Of a stretch of 64,000 bases of DNA, positions 37,297 to 47,749 are shown piece by piece. The notes beneath the pieces are model-generated. The model had not been told where the DNA came from and did no database searches. It worked only from the letters and a program-made list of their open reading frames with translations. The first letter of the stretch is position 1. Each line of letters starts with the position of its first letter. Origin of the DNA: Escherichia coli (lineage in GTDB: Bacteria; Pseudomonadota; Gammaproteobacteria; Enterobacterales; Enterobacteriaceae); NCBI RefSeq assembly GCF_003334765.1, contig NZ_QOWT01000002.1; one strand, given 5' to 3'. The translations under genes were made by a program, and so were the position numbers.

Positions 37297-38016
37297 ATCG
37301 CTGCGACAGTGGCTAATGCTGTACTCAATAGGCCGTTGCTGTTGGTCAAGCGCCACTTGCTTGATCACCAGCACCGGTATTTTGCTATCTAACTGAATAT
37401 GTGACTGAAACTCGGCATCCGGCATCCGGGCGCTAACGCGGGAACGCGTACGTTGTGGGTAAATGTGCTGGCTGCGGAAATAGTCATAAAGTGAAATCCC
37501 GATGGCATCAACATCATGAATTAAATGCGCCGGAACCCACGATTCCTCAATCGATACCGCATCTTCATCGACATAGCGAATACGCTTAAGCAAAAAGACA
37601 TCACTTCCTGCTTCGACCGCCAGCTGCTGCGCGACTTCTTCGGGACATTTCACGACACGCTTGTTAACCCATAGCGTATCGGGCTTTTTCCCGCGCAATA
37701 CCACCTGCTGAGAAAAACCTCGCGCTTCTTTCAACGAGTATTCGAAGATGTTGTTGATCTGCGTGCCGTAACCGCGCGAACGCGTCACCACACCCTCTTC
37801 TTCCAGCGCCTGCATCGCCTTGCGCACCGTAATGCGCGAAACGCCGGTTAACTGACTTAAATCACGCTCACCGGGCAAAATATTGCCATGCTCCAGCACC
37901 CCGCTGCGCACGGCATTTTTTACCGTTTCGGCAAACTTAATATAAAGCGGCGTGTTATCCGCCGCTAAAATACGCTCGTTCAGTTGGGCAATCAGCTGGG
38001 TATGCGCTTGTTCCAT
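37270..38016 (-). CDS. yegW: GntR/HutC-family transcriptional regulator YegW
   Basis: 248 aa with N-terminal winged HTH; convergent with yegV, 27-bp overlap. Confidence 0.88.
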   Translation of the reverse strand: MEQAHTQLIAQLNERILAADNTPLYIKFAETVKNAVRSGVLEHGNILPGERDLSQLTGVSRITVRKAMQALEEEGVVTRSRGYGTQINNIFEYSLKEARGFSQQVVLRGKKPDTLWVNKRVVKCPEEVAQQLAVEAGSDVFLLKRIRYVDEDAVSIEESWVPAHLIHDVDAIGISLYDYFRSQHIYPQRTRSRVSARMPDAEFQSHIQLDSKIPVLVIKQVALDQQQRPIEYSISHCRSDLYVFVCEE

Positions 38017-38067
38017 TTGTCTTTTTCCTGCCGGGGAGTCTGGTGGGAGTATATCACTGCTTCTTAT

Positions 38068-38886
38068 TTAAGGCGTTTCTTTAATCCCATCAACGAATGC
38101 CTGCAACTCCTCCACCGTGCCATTAAATACATTAAAATCCACCGGACCATTGATGCCATCTACCTGTCCACGGTCGGAATGCTGCCAGAAGCGCCAGGCC
38201 ATTCCGTCATTGTCCGGACGACGTTGATAGTAGTGAGCCACCCACCACGGATATTCATTGAAATAGCCCGCCAGATTGGTGTGATAAAAAACGGCTCCTG
38301 AGTAAATAATCGGCTTTTTCCCCGTACTTTTTTCGACCATTTTTAGCCACTGACTTACCCGCTTGCGTAATTCTTTTGCCGATAATTTTCCCCGTTCTTC
38401 TACGTCCAGCACGGCAGGGAAATCGCCTTGTGAGAAATCCACCGTTTGCAGAAATAATCTCGCCTGAACTGAAGCGGATACCGACGGGGAGAAATAATGA
38501 TACGCCCCACGCAGCAGGCCATTTTCGCGGCTTAGTTGCCAGTTACGCGAAAAATAGGGGTCCACCAGCTTTTCGCCTTCCGTCGCCTTAATAAAAGCAA
38601 ACTGTAAGCGGATACCGTTGTCGCGCATTTTTGCCACCCGCTGCCAGTCGATCCGCTCCTGCCAGCGCGAAACATCTATTCCGTGAATGGTGTAACTGGC
38701 AGGAATGCGAATAGCGAAAGATTTAACCGGGCGATAACCGTAGAAGTGGATGTAGTCTGTAATCTGAACTGCTGTCGAATAGAAAAAATTCACCGTCTGA
38801 CGCGGATAAATTGCAACGATGGAAATTAGCCCAAGAGCGCATAATAGAGAGGTGAGTTTTTTTCGACTGGTAATTCTTAGCTGCAT
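38068..38886 (-). CDS. yegX: Glycoside hydrolase family 25 (lysozyme-like) protein YegX
   Basis: About 272 aa with N-terminal hydrophobic signal; start codon choice (38886 or 38895) uncertain. Confidence 0.82.
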   Translation of the reverse strand: MQLRITSRKKLTSLLCALGLISIVAIYPRQTVNFFYSTAVQITDYIHFYGYRPVKSFAIRIPASYTIHGIDVSRWQERIDWQRVAKMRDNGIRLQFAFIKATEGEKLVDPYFSRNWQLSRENGLLRGAYHYFSPSVSASVQARLFLQTVDFSQGDFPAVLDVEERGKLSAKELRKRVSQWLKMVEKSTGKKPIIYSGAVFYHTNLAGYFNEYPWWVAHYYQRRPDNDGMAWRFWQHSDRGQVDGINGPVDFNVFNGTVEELQAFVDGIKETP

Positions 38887-38950
38887 TGGTTTCATCCCTG
38901 AATGTCAGTGCCAAAGGCTGACAATAACCAAAGCAGCTATAGTACGGTGC

Positions 38951-39751
38951 TCACCACCAGGCGTGGAAGTGGTGAACCGGACCAATACCGTGACCAACTT
39001 CCAGCGTGTCGGCCTGGGCTAACGCCGATGAAAGCCAGCTTTTTGCCTCCTGTACGGTGTCAGCCCAGTTTGTATGGCGCGGGCGTAGTGCAGCCAACGC
39101 CGCAGAGAGTGTACAACCAGTGCCGTGGGTGTTTTTGGTCATAATGCGCGGTGCGGTAAACCGTTGTTCACCCTCGCGGGTAAACAGCCAGTCCGGGCTT
39201 TGCTCATCATCCAGATGACCACCTTTCATTAGCACTGCGCCACAGCCCATCGCCAACAGCGATCGCCCTTGTTCCAGCATTTCCTGTTCGGTGCGCGCGT
39301 GTGGCGCGTCGAGCAAGGCGGCAGCTTCGGGCAAGTTTGGCGTTATTAATGAAACCTGTGGCAATAATCGACTGCGCAGCGTAGCAACCGCCGAAGGTGA
39401 AAGCAGCGGGTCGCCGCTTTTTGCCAGCATAACGGTGTCGAGTACCACGTTTTGGATCTGATAACGTTGCAACCGTTCTGCCACCGCTTCAACAATATCG
39501 GTTTCCGCCAGCATACCGATTTTAGTGGTATCGATTCGCACATCGCTGAACACCGAATCGAGCTGGGCGGCGACAAAATCAGGCTCAATGCGATACACCG
39601 ACTGTACGCCACGGGTATTTTGCGCCACCAGTGCAGTAATAACTGAGCAACCATAAGCGCCAAGTGCCGAGAAGGTTTTAAGATCGGCCTGAATCCCCGC
39701 ACCACCACTCGGATCAGTACCGGCAATCGTCAGAGCGTTAATTCGTTTCAT
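38951..39751 (-). CDS. thiD: Hydroxymethylpyrimidine/phosphomethylpyrimidine kinase
   Basis: 266-aa [28 protein letters not shown]. Confidence 0.93.
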
Positions 39752-40536
39752 GCCTGCACCTCCTGCGTCAATTGCCAGAGCGCATCAAGGAAATGTGGAA
39801 CAAAACTGCCTGGTCCCTCGCTTCTGGCGACTGCGCGTTCTCCGGCTTGTTTCATCCAGTGACAGGCAGATGCGACATTTTCCAGCGTATCGCCTGGTAA
39901 CGCACAGCAGGCAGCGACAACCGCCGATAATGCACAGCCAGTTCCTACCACTTTGGTCATTAACGGATCACCACCGTGAATACCAATGATACGATGTCCA
40001 TCGGTAACATAATCCATCTCGCCAGTGACCACGACGATTGCGCCAGTTTCCCGTGCCAGTGTTTGTGCAGCGGGTATCGCGTTAGCTGCGGCGTCAGTGG
40101 TATCCACTCCCCGTCCGCCATTAGCAATGCCAGCTAATGCCATGATTTCCGAAGCATTACCACGTATCGCTGCCGGTTTAAAAGATAAAAGTTCATGACA
40201 AAAATGGCGGCGATAATCGAGCGCACCCACCGCTACTGGATCAAGCGTCCAGGGTGTTTGAGAGCTTTTTGCTTGCTCAACGGCAGCACGCATCGCCTGA
40301 GCGCGTGGCTGCGTCAGTGTGCCAACGTTAATCAACAAGGCACTGGCGATAGCCGCAAACTGACTGGCCTCTTCGGTTTCGATAACCATCGCTGGCGATG
40401 CACCGAGCGCCAGCAAGGTATTGGCGGTAAAGGTTTGCACCACATCATTGGTCATGCAGTGCACAAGAGGGGAATGTTGGTGAAAAAGGTGTAACGCGTG
40501 CGCAGATTGCGCTGAACCCAGCAGGTCGACTTGCAT
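39748..40536 (-). CDS. thiM: Hydroxyethylthiazole kinase
   Basis: 262 aa; ATGA overlap with thiD. Confidence 0.93.
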
Positions 40537-40680
40537 AGTTTGCTCCTGCCATAACGTGAAGAAGCAATGACCTGGTGGTCCGTGACTTCCCTACGCTGGC
40601 ATTATCCAGATCAGGTGATACGGGTATTTCTCAGCCTTCACGCAGAAGGGCACCCCGAGTCGTTTGGTTGCGATGATAAA
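40537..40680 (-). promoter_or_regulatory. TPP riboswitch (thi-box) in the thiM leader
   Basis: Reverse complement contains CTCGGGGTGCCCTTCTGCGTGAAGGCTGAGAAATACCCGTATCACCTGATCTGGATAATGCCAGCGTAGGGAAGTC, the thiM THI-element aptamer as I recall it. Confidence 0.85.
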
Positions 40681-40758
40681 TCGCAGAGGAGGATGGTAAT
40701 GTCCAGCGCACGCGTTGTAAACGAGGAAAAACGGCAGTTTTACAATCGCGTTAATAAA

Positions 40759-41031
40759 TTATTTGATATATGAATCCAGCACCTTCAGAACGACATCCAG
40801 ATCTTCTTCACGTTTTAGCTCATCCCCCTGGTGAACGATGTGTTCCGTCAGATGACCTTTAATCACTTCCCGCATCAGACCGTTTACCGCGCCACGGATA
40901 GCAGCAATCTGTTGTAAAACTGCAGCGCATTCGTGCGGCTCGTCGAGCATTTTCTTGAGCGCCACGACCTGGCCCTGAATCTTACTGGCACGCGCTTTCA
41001 GTTTCTGTTTATCACGGATTGTATGAGACAT
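40759..41031 (-). CDS. rcnR: Ni/Co-responsive repressor RcnR
   Basis: 90-aa [32 protein letters not shown]. Confidence 0.92.
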
Positions 41032-41079
41032 GGCAACACCTGGTTAACAAGAATATGAAAAATCATAGCACTATTAATC

Positions 41080-41114
41080 TACTGGGGGGTAGTATCAGGT
41101 ACTGGGGGGGAGTA
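41080..41114. promoter_or_regulatory. Tandem RcnR operators (TACT-G6/7-N-AGTA) in the rcnR-rcnA divergent promoter
   Basis: tactggggggtagta at 41080-41094 and tactgggggggagta at 41100-41114. Confidence 0.75.
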
Positions 41115-41151
41115 GAATCAGATTGCCGAATTAATACTAAGAATTATTATC

Positions 41152-41976
41152 ATGACCGAATTTACAACTCTTCTTCAGCAAGGAAACGCCTGGTTCTTCA
41201 TCCCCAGCGCCATCTTACTTGGTGCGCTTCATGGCCTGGAACCAGGGCACTCAAAAACGATGATGGCGGCGTTTATCATCGCCATCAAAGGCACCATTAA
41301 ACAAGCGGTGATGCTCGGACTGGCAGCAACTATTTCGCATACCGCAGTGGTCTGGTTAATTGCCTTTGGCGGGATGGTGATCAGCAAGCTCTTTACTGCT
41401 CAATCAGCAGAACCGTGGCTCCAGCTGATTTCCGCAGTGATCATTATTAGCACCGCGTTCTGGATGTTCTGGCGTACCTGGCGCGGCGAACGCAACTGGC
41501 TGGAGAATATGCACGGGCATGATTATGAGCATCATCATCACGATCACGAACATCACCACGACCATGGACATCATCACCATCACGAACATGGCGAGTATCA
41601 GGATGCCCATGCACGAGCCCATGCCAATGACATTAAACGACGCTTTGATGGTAGAGAGGTCACCAACTGGCAAATTTTGTTATTTGGCTTAACCGGTGGC
41701 CTTATCCCCTGCCCGGCAGCAATTACCGTGCTGTTGATATGCATTCAGTTGAAAGCCCTGACACTGGGCGCAACACTGGTCGTCAGTTTCAGCATTGGCC
41801 TGGCGTTAACGCTTGTCACCGTAGGCGTTGGCGCAGCAATCAGCGTTCAGCAGGTCGCAAAACGCTGGAGCGGATTTAACACTCTCGCTAAACGCGCCCC
41901 CTATTTTTCCAGTCTGTTGATTGGCTTAGTCGGTGTGTATATGGGCGTACATGGCTTCATGGGCATAATGCGATAA
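41152..41976 (+). CDS. rcnA: Ni/Co efflux protein RcnA
   Basis: 274-aa membrane protein with a His-rich loop (HGHDYEHHHHDHEHHHDHGHHHHHEH). Confidence 0.92.
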   Translation: MTEFTTLLQQGNAWFFIPSAILLGALHGLEPGHSKTMMAAFIIAIKGTIKQAVMLGLAATISHTAVVWLIAFGGMVISKLFTAQSAEPWLQLISAVIIISTAFWMFWRTWRGERNWLENMHGHDYEHHHHDHEHHHDHGHHHHHEHGEYQDAHARAHANDIKRRFDGREVTNWQILLFGLTGGLIPCPAAITVLLICIQLKALTLGATLVVSFSIGLALTLVTVGVGAAISVQQVAKRWSGFNTLAKRAPYFSSLLIGLVGVYMGVHGFMGIMR

Positions 41977-42194
41977 CTCAATCCTTTAGGCTTGCATGTT
42001 ATCTTCAGCCCAGGATGATTCTTAAATCAGCTATTTCCGCTGACTCTCTGCTCGCTAAGGATGCTTTTAGGGCATCCTTTCATTTACACTTTTTACGAAA
42101 TCATGGGATCACTAACAAAATATCGCTTGTCAGTTATATTGTATGGCAGGAAAGATATGCGACTGATATTACAGATCCCCAAAGTGGAGAGTTT

Positions 42195-42533
42195 ATGACC
42201 ATTAAAAATAAGATGTTGCTGGGTGCGCTTTTGCTGGTTACCAGTGCCGCCTGGGCCGCACCAGCCACCGCGGGTTCGACCAATACCTCGGGAATTTCTA
42301 AGTATGAGTTAAGTAGTTTCATTGCTGACTTTAAGCATTTCAAACCAGGGGACACCGTACCAGAAATGTACCGTACCGATGAGTACAACATTAAGCAGTG
42401 GCAGTTGCGTAACCTGCCCGCGCCTGATGCCGGGACGCACTGGACCTATATGGGTGGCGCGTACGTGTTGATCAGCGACACCGACGGTAAAATCATTAAA
42501 GCCTACGACGGTGAGATTTTTTATCATCGCTAA
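42195..42533 (+). CDS. rcnB: Periplasmic Ni/Co homeostasis protein RcnB (YohN)
   Basis: 112 aa from MTIKNKMLLGALLLVTSAAWA (signal peptide); the ORF-track start at 42015 is rejected. Confidence 0.85.
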   Translation: MTIKNKMLLGALLLVTSAAWAAPATAGSTNTSGISKYELSSFIADFKHFKPGDTVPEMYRTDEYNIKQWQLRNLPAPDAGTHWTYMGGAYVLISDTDGKIIKAYDGEIFYHR

Positions 42534-42558
42534 AAAAAGCCCCCTCATCATGAGGGGG
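42532..42558. terminator. Hairpin between convergent rcnB and yehA; intrinsic terminator on the reverse strand, possibly bidirectional
   Basis: ccccctca-tca-tgaggggg stem-loop flanked by a 7-A run on the forward strand (a T-run on the reverse strand). Confidence 0.6.
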
Positions 42559-42614
42559 AAATGCAGACACCTTGTTATTTTTTATTATTAGCCACTTGCT
42601 CGTCTTGCTTGTTA

Positions 42615-43649
42615 TTAGTCGTATTTCACGTTGATTAATGCGGTTGCCTCCAGTGCGCCAGATTTAACTTTGTTTGTATCGTAGACGTAGTAACTGGCTG
42701 TTATCGGAATTGAAACCGTTGTATCTGTAAGTTTTGACTTCGCCGCAACTTCCTTTAAATTTGTATATCCTTTACTGCTGTTAGTGATATTTAAAAGTGT
42801 GACTGGCGAACCATTACTTTCAAGAATAAATCCTACGCCATTATCTTCCGCACCTTTCAGTATTGTGTTGCTGTTGGTTAACAAGTCAGAACTTGATAAA
42901 TACACCTGCATTTTCCGTGATGTTTGATTTTGTTGACCTAATAAATTTTTACAACGCAGAATAATATCCCCTTGTTTACTATTTATTGTTGCTTTGTTAC
43001 CTGTGGCTGGTAATTGTGAAACGGGAATACTGTCTAAAGTAATTAATAAATCGTCCGGTTTGCAGGTTGTGGTTATCGGGTTGTATGACAATGTCAGATT
43101 AAAGGAATAGACACCTGCATTTTGTGCCAATGCATTTCTGTAGCTATTTACACATGCATCCCATGACTTGCCACCTAATAAACACAGTAGAAATTGTACT
43201 GCGGCACTCCCGCGTGTCGATGATGAAGCACTGGATAATGTCGCAACACCATTAATCATCACTGAACCGCCGCCCCCCGCAGAAACATTCACTTTTGCAT
43301 TACTGGCCGCAGGTGTCACCGTAACTGAATAACCACTGGTGAAACTGGTCTGATTATTTGACAACGTGATGTTGTTTTTATTGGTCCATTCAAAATGTAA
43401 ATTTAATTTTATGGTATCGTTATAAAGTCCAACAATAATATCCGACGGGCTCATAGGGGTGATAGTATTTGTACTTACGCATGACGAATCATTAAAATTA
43501 TGCTCATATGTCGCCATTTGTGTTTGAGTAAGTGCAAAATCCCCCTGAACAACCAAGTTGTGCTGAACAGATAACTCACTATAACATGCCGCATAGCTCA
43601 CAGGCATAACCATCATCATTAATATAAATAGCATTATGCGAATTTCCAT
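42615..43649 (-). CDS. yehA: Fimbrial adhesin-like protein YehA
   Basis: 344-aa AT-rich ORF with signal peptide, last gene of the chaperone-usher cluster. Confidence 0.85.
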   Translation of the reverse strand: MEIRIMLFILMMMVMPVSYAACYSELSVQHNLVVQGDFALTQTQMATYEHNFNDSSCVSTNTITPMSPSDIIVGLYNDTIKLNLHFEWTNKNNITLSNNQTSFTSGYSVTVTPAASNAKVNVSAGGGGSVMINGVATLSSASSSTRGSAAVQFLLCLLGGKSWDACVNSYRNALAQNAGVYSFNLTLSYNPITTTCKPDDLLITLDSIPVSQLPATGNKATINSKQGDIILRCKNLLGQQNQTSRKMQVYLSSSDLLTNSNTILKGAEDNGVGFILESNGSPVTLLNITNSSKGYTNLKEVAAKSKLTDTTVSIPITASYYVYDTNKVKSGALEATALINVKYD

Positions 43650-43664
43650 AGAACCACCTGACTA

Positions 43665-46145
43665 TTACTGGCAAATATAATTTCTACTTTCATCAATCTC
43701 TTTACCGAAGGTGATTGTGCATGAAAGTCCTTGTTGCTTATCAATTGCCACATTAACCGATGGCGGTACTTCATTGGTGCGAATAAATAACTGACTTCCC
43801 TGGCCGACAACGCCAATATTATGACCATGGATATCATTGACTTCATAACCAAACGTTAATGATTGCCCATCTGCTCTTAACGCTTTTATAAACCATGGCT
43901 TGCGCTGATCGGTATCAAAATTAACCAGTACAACCGCGCCGCGATAAGGGGCGGCAATTTTCCGGTTGCCACGTAATTCTGCTTCGCTATCGCTTTGCGA
44001 CACATCCAGCATCAGGTGATTTTCCCGATAAGGTGTCATTCCGTCGTATATCACCACTCCATTACGGTTTGTTGTGCGATATTTTTGCCCATTGACATAA
44101 GCATCTTTAATTCCTGGCGCATTCATCACAGCAAACGTTTCGGAAAGACGGTTCGCCAGATTAACGCCACCCGACCAGGCGACAATGCCCCCTGAAACAC
44201 TGGCTCCAGCCTGTCGATAAGTACTCGACTGACTATAACTGCCATTCACTGTCGCAACCGGCGCGTTCCAGGTCAAATTCGCCCCAGCTGTCGTTTCATT
44301 TCCCTGATGTTGATGACTCAGGTTGACACCATAATTGAACTGATCCCGACTCCCTACTGTTCCTGATAATCCCGTATTATTTGAGGCAAACCCCTGATCA
44401 TCAAACGTCGTTGAGTTAGACATATATATTTGCCGACGAGGCGTCGAAACGTCATCACCCCAATCAAAGGGAATCGATATAAAAATATTAAAACGTTTCT
44501 CTTCATGATGATTCTCGTCATAAGCCTGGCTTGCCGCGAGGGTATAGCTTATCCGTCGCAGGTTGTTGGAATAACTCAACTGATAATCCTTACTACTGCC
44601 GCTACGCCCCCAGTAATCTCGCCATAACGTACTTAATGACACAGACCCCCAACCTTCTGGCAATGACTGGCTCATATTGGCGGAAAAGCTATTTTTGCGG
44701 CCAAAATCGTTCTGGTAATAATCGGCAATGTCATAGACATCGTTTTCATCACGGCGATAATTATCTTTGTTGTTTGCCCAAACGTGATCGTTAAATGTCC
44801 GGTAATCACGCGACGAATAACGCCAGGCCGCCAGACCAAAACGCGTCGACGTTTGGCTCACAAATTTGTTGTAGGCAATTTGATAACTTTGCCCGTCAAA
44901 CACATCGCCGTTGTCTTGTTTACTATGCGACTTAGTGGCATCGACGGAAATGGCACCAATGCGTGTATTCCAGCCAGCCCCCAAAGTAAACGCGTAATAA
45001 TTATTCGCGACCATCGAGCCACCATACAGCGTCAATAAATTATTAAAACCATACTGATAACCCGCCTGGACAAAATCACTTTGTTTGCTCGCCCCTTCAA
45101 TATGGCTACGACCCGCCGCTAAATCATATTTCGACACGCCGGGTTGCAGCATATTTGGCACCGCTGCATAAGGCACCAGATAGGTGGTTACCGAGCCGTC
45201 CGCCTCTTTCACGCTGACATCAAGATCTGCTCCACCACCGGCCAACTGCAAATCTGTAATCGCGAACGGGCCAGGAGGAACCTCTTTCTGATAAACGACA
45301 AAACCATTCTGTTCAATAGTTACCAGCGCGTTACTCTGAGCAATCCCCTGCACCCGTGGCGTAAAATTTTGTTTCGAGTTAGGCAACATCTGCATATCAC
45401 GAAACAACCGCACACCTCTGAAGCGAACAGAATCAAAAATATCGCTTGATGTGTACATATCACCCACGCGAAGCGTGCCGAGAAGTTGGGCAAATCCACG
45501 TTCCAGATACAGGGTATTGCTTTTCCACACCCCTGGATTGTTATTTGTTTTACTGAAACTGGCATCAGAATGCAGTTGCCACCCCAGTAAATTTAACCCG
45601 CTGTTAAAACGTACATATGTACTCTTGTTATTACCCGACGCTTTATAGTCGCTGTAATACTGACTCAGATAATAAGAGGTATAAAACGCATTAATACCCC
45701 GCTCCCAGTTTTCCGGTGGAACATAGCCACTTTCCAGTTCTTCCACCCAGGCCTGCGGGACACTGAAATCGAGACGAAAAACCCCGATATCCCAGGTATA
45801 GCTCCCACCCTGAACAAGTTGCTCAAATGTTAAACATTGCTTACCGCTGGCGAAGTTATCGCTATTAATGCCTAACCGCTTGATAACTTCTCTTGATAAA
45901 CATGTTTCTTGCGGGTTGTCTTTAACAATAATCTCATATTTCCCGCGCCATTGCTTATTGACATAAATATCGATGTCATACTGCCCCGGTAAGGGTTGAT
46001 TATCATCAAGACGAATATTTGCAACCTGCTGGTCTTTCATTCCACCTATCATAAAATGGGTATCAAAGGTTTCTTCAGCTGCATAAGCTTCAATGCCGAG
46101 CAATAACGCTACGATTGCTGATGCAAGTGGGGTCATTCTCAACAT
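43665..46145 (-). CDS. yehB: Fimbrial outer-membrane usher YehB
   Basis: About 826 aa with FimD/PapC-like features. Confidence 0.88.
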   Translation of the reverse strand: MLRMTPLASAIVALLLGIEAYAAEETFDTHFMIGGMKDQQVANIRLDDNQPLPGQYDIDIYVNKQWRGKYEIIVKDNPQETCLSREVIKRLGINSDNFASGKQCLTFEQLVQGGSYTWDIGVFRLDFSVPQAWVEELESGYVPPENWERGINAFYTSYYLSQYYSDYKASGNNKSTYVRFNSGLNLLGWQLHSDASFSKTNNNPGVWKSNTLYLERGFAQLLGTLRVGDMYTSSDIFDSVRFRGVRLFRDMQMLPNSKQNFTPRVQGIAQSNALVTIEQNGFVVYQKEVPPGPFAITDLQLAGGGADLDVSVKEADGSVTTYLVPYAAVPNMLQPGVSKYDLAAGRSHIEGASKQSDFVQAGYQYGFNNLLTLYGGSMVANNYYAFTLGAGWNTRIGAISVDATKSHSKQDNGDVFDGQSYQIAYNKFVSQTSTRFGLAAWRYSSRDYRTFNDHVWANNKDNYRRDENDVYDIADYYQNDFGRKNSFSANMSQSLPEGWGSVSLSTLWRDYWGRSGSSKDYQLSYSNNLRRISYTLAASQAYDENHHEEKRFNIFISIPFDWGDDVSTPRRQIYMSNSTTFDDQGFASNNTGLSGTVGSRDQFNYGVNLSHQHQGNETTAGANLTWNAPVATVNGSYSQSSTYRQAGASVSGGIVAWSGGVNLANRLSETFAVMNAPGIKDAYVNGQKYRTTNRNGVVIYDGMTPYRENHLMLDVSQSDSEAELRGNRKIAAPYRGAVVLVNFDTDQRKPWFIKALRADGQSLTFGYEVNDIHGHNIGVVGQGSQLFIRTNEVPPSVNVAIDKQQGLSCTITFGKEIDESRNYICQ

Positions 46146-46160
46146 AGGCAGCTCCTGCAA

Positions 46161-46880
46161 TTAAATTTTGTCACTAATATAGTTGCCATGGTCATCGATA
46201 ATGGTCAGATGCCAGTTATTTGCATTATTACTTTTGACATTAACACTCTGACTTTCTAAGGGGGCAATCATAATAGTTTCATAATTGACTTTGACATTAT
46301 TAGCTTTGACATCCGAAATCGTCACCCAATTAGCTGAGTCATTTTTTATCACCAAACCATTGCCACTGCGATTTACCAGCAATTTTTTAAATGTCGCTTT
46401 ATTTACCGGAGCAATACCCGCTGGCCGGTAAAACAACTTAATTCTGTTTTGCATCGCAAACTTCAGTGCATTCTTACCTTCTTGCTCTGGACTATTTGGT
46501 GGAATATCCAGAACATTCAGATAAAAAATGCTTTCTTTATTAGTGGGCAGTTTATTCGGCATAATTTTGATTTTTACTTGCTGCCCGGAATTTGCCCCTA
46601 TTTTTGCCACTGGTGGCGTTAACATGAAAGGAACCTGAATTTTTTCTGGTGGTAATGACGTATCGCCATCATCAATCCACGCCTGCAGCAGCGAAGAACG
46701 GTTTCCCTGGTTCATCAACTGCACCATCACTTCTTTATTTTCTGCCGGGTAAATAATGCGCGTCCCGTAGATAACAATTCCGGCATGTGCAGGAAGGACC
46801 ATAGAAAAAATGAGTAAAGATAATAATCCTTTCATTTTAATGCCTCTTAAATTAAAAGGCCGCCATGGGATAGCGGCCAT
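46161..46880 (-). CDS. yehC: Periplasmic fimbrial chaperone YehC
   Basis: PapD-like chaperone; exact start (46880 or the internal MKGLLSLLIF) uncertain. Confidence 0.85.
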   Translation of the reverse strand: MAAIPWRPFNLRGIKMKGLLSLLIFSMVLPAHAGIVIYGTRIIYPAENKEVMVQLMNQGNRSSLLQAWIDDGDTSLPPEKIQVPFMLTPPVAKIGANSGQQVKIKIMPNKLPTNKESIFYLNVLDIPPNSPEQEGKNALKFAMQNRIKLFYRPAGIAPVNKATFKKLLVNRSGNGLVIKNDSANWVTISDVKANNVKVNYETIMIAPLESQSVNVKSNNANNWHLTIIDDHGNYISDKI

Positions 46881-46914
46881 GTTTATTACCTGGAGAAACT
46901 TACAATTTTATTTA

Positions 46915-47457
46915 TTAATCCTGCGCCACACGCATAACCAGAGAAGATAACACATCACCTGATTGCACTGAGTTATCTGTCAGTTTCAGGTATTTTGCTT
47001 TAAACGGAATAGCATATTGACCTTCCGCTGTTTTATAACTCTCAATGTTAAAAGGTGCAGAAACATCCAGGACATCGCTGTTATCACCTAAATAGAGATA
47101 GTAACCCACGGTATCGTTGCTACTGGCTATCGCCTTATCGTTACCGGTTATTTTATCGTTGGTAATCAACGAGAGTTTTACACCAGCAACTTCTTTCGGG
47201 CAGCTAATTTTTAACATGCTGCTGGTTACACCGACTGCATCATCATAGGTAGAATATTTAGCTTTACCTTCAAAGACACTGGTTGGTACAGTCGGCATAT
47301 TAATACTTACTGAATCACCACCCGCTTCGAATTTACACGGAGATTGTGCAATATTCCCCTTAATAGTTAATGTTCCGGTATCAACGTCTGCAGCAAATAC
47401 TCCAGCGCTCATAAAAAAAGAAGAAAAGACAGCGACAGCAATAATTGAACGTTTCAT
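46915..47457 (-). CDS. yehD: Fimbrial major subunit-like protein YehD
   Basis: 180 aa with signal peptide MKRSIIAVAVFSSFFMSAGVFA. Confidence 0.85.
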   Translation of the reverse strand: MKRSIIAVAVFSSFFMSAGVFAADVDTGTLTIKGNIAQSPCKFEAGGDSVSINMPTVPTSVFEGKAKYSTYDDAVGVTSSMLKISCPKEVAGVKLSLITNDKITGNDKAIASSNDTVGYYLYLGDNSDVLDVSAPFNIESYKTAEGQYAIPFKAKYLKLTDNSVQSGDVLSSLVMRVAQD

Positions 47458-47681
47458 AATATGTTCCTTAATAAAATTTATTTTTGGTTGTTAAGAGTCT
47501 GTATCTCTTGGAAACAAATTTCTCACATCAAAAAAGTTGCCGCAATGTAAACACATTGTTTTATTGATTTAAAACAAATTAACCATTGCAATATAAATAC
47601 AACAAATATTTAAGAGTATTAACTATTTATCGCATCTATCAATTAATGTAGATTTATGTAAATGGTATTGTTGATATCAAT

Positions 47682-47719
47682 AAAAAAGCCGAAATCATTT
47701 ATATAAATGATTTCGGCTT
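47682..47719 (-). terminator. Intrinsic terminator downstream of yehE
   Basis: Perfect palindrome aagccgaaatcatttatataaatgatttcggctt followed on the reverse strand by TTTTTTATT. Confidence 0.65.
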
Positions 47720-47749
47720 TCTAAATGCAATTAAAATCAGGTTGCCAAA

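Noticed and set aside
41500-41600. Repetitive CAT/CAC-rich stretch that could look like a simple-sequence repeat or CRISPR-like array
   Set aside because: It is in frame within rcnA and encodes the His-rich metal-binding loop; there are no spacer-repeat periodicities.
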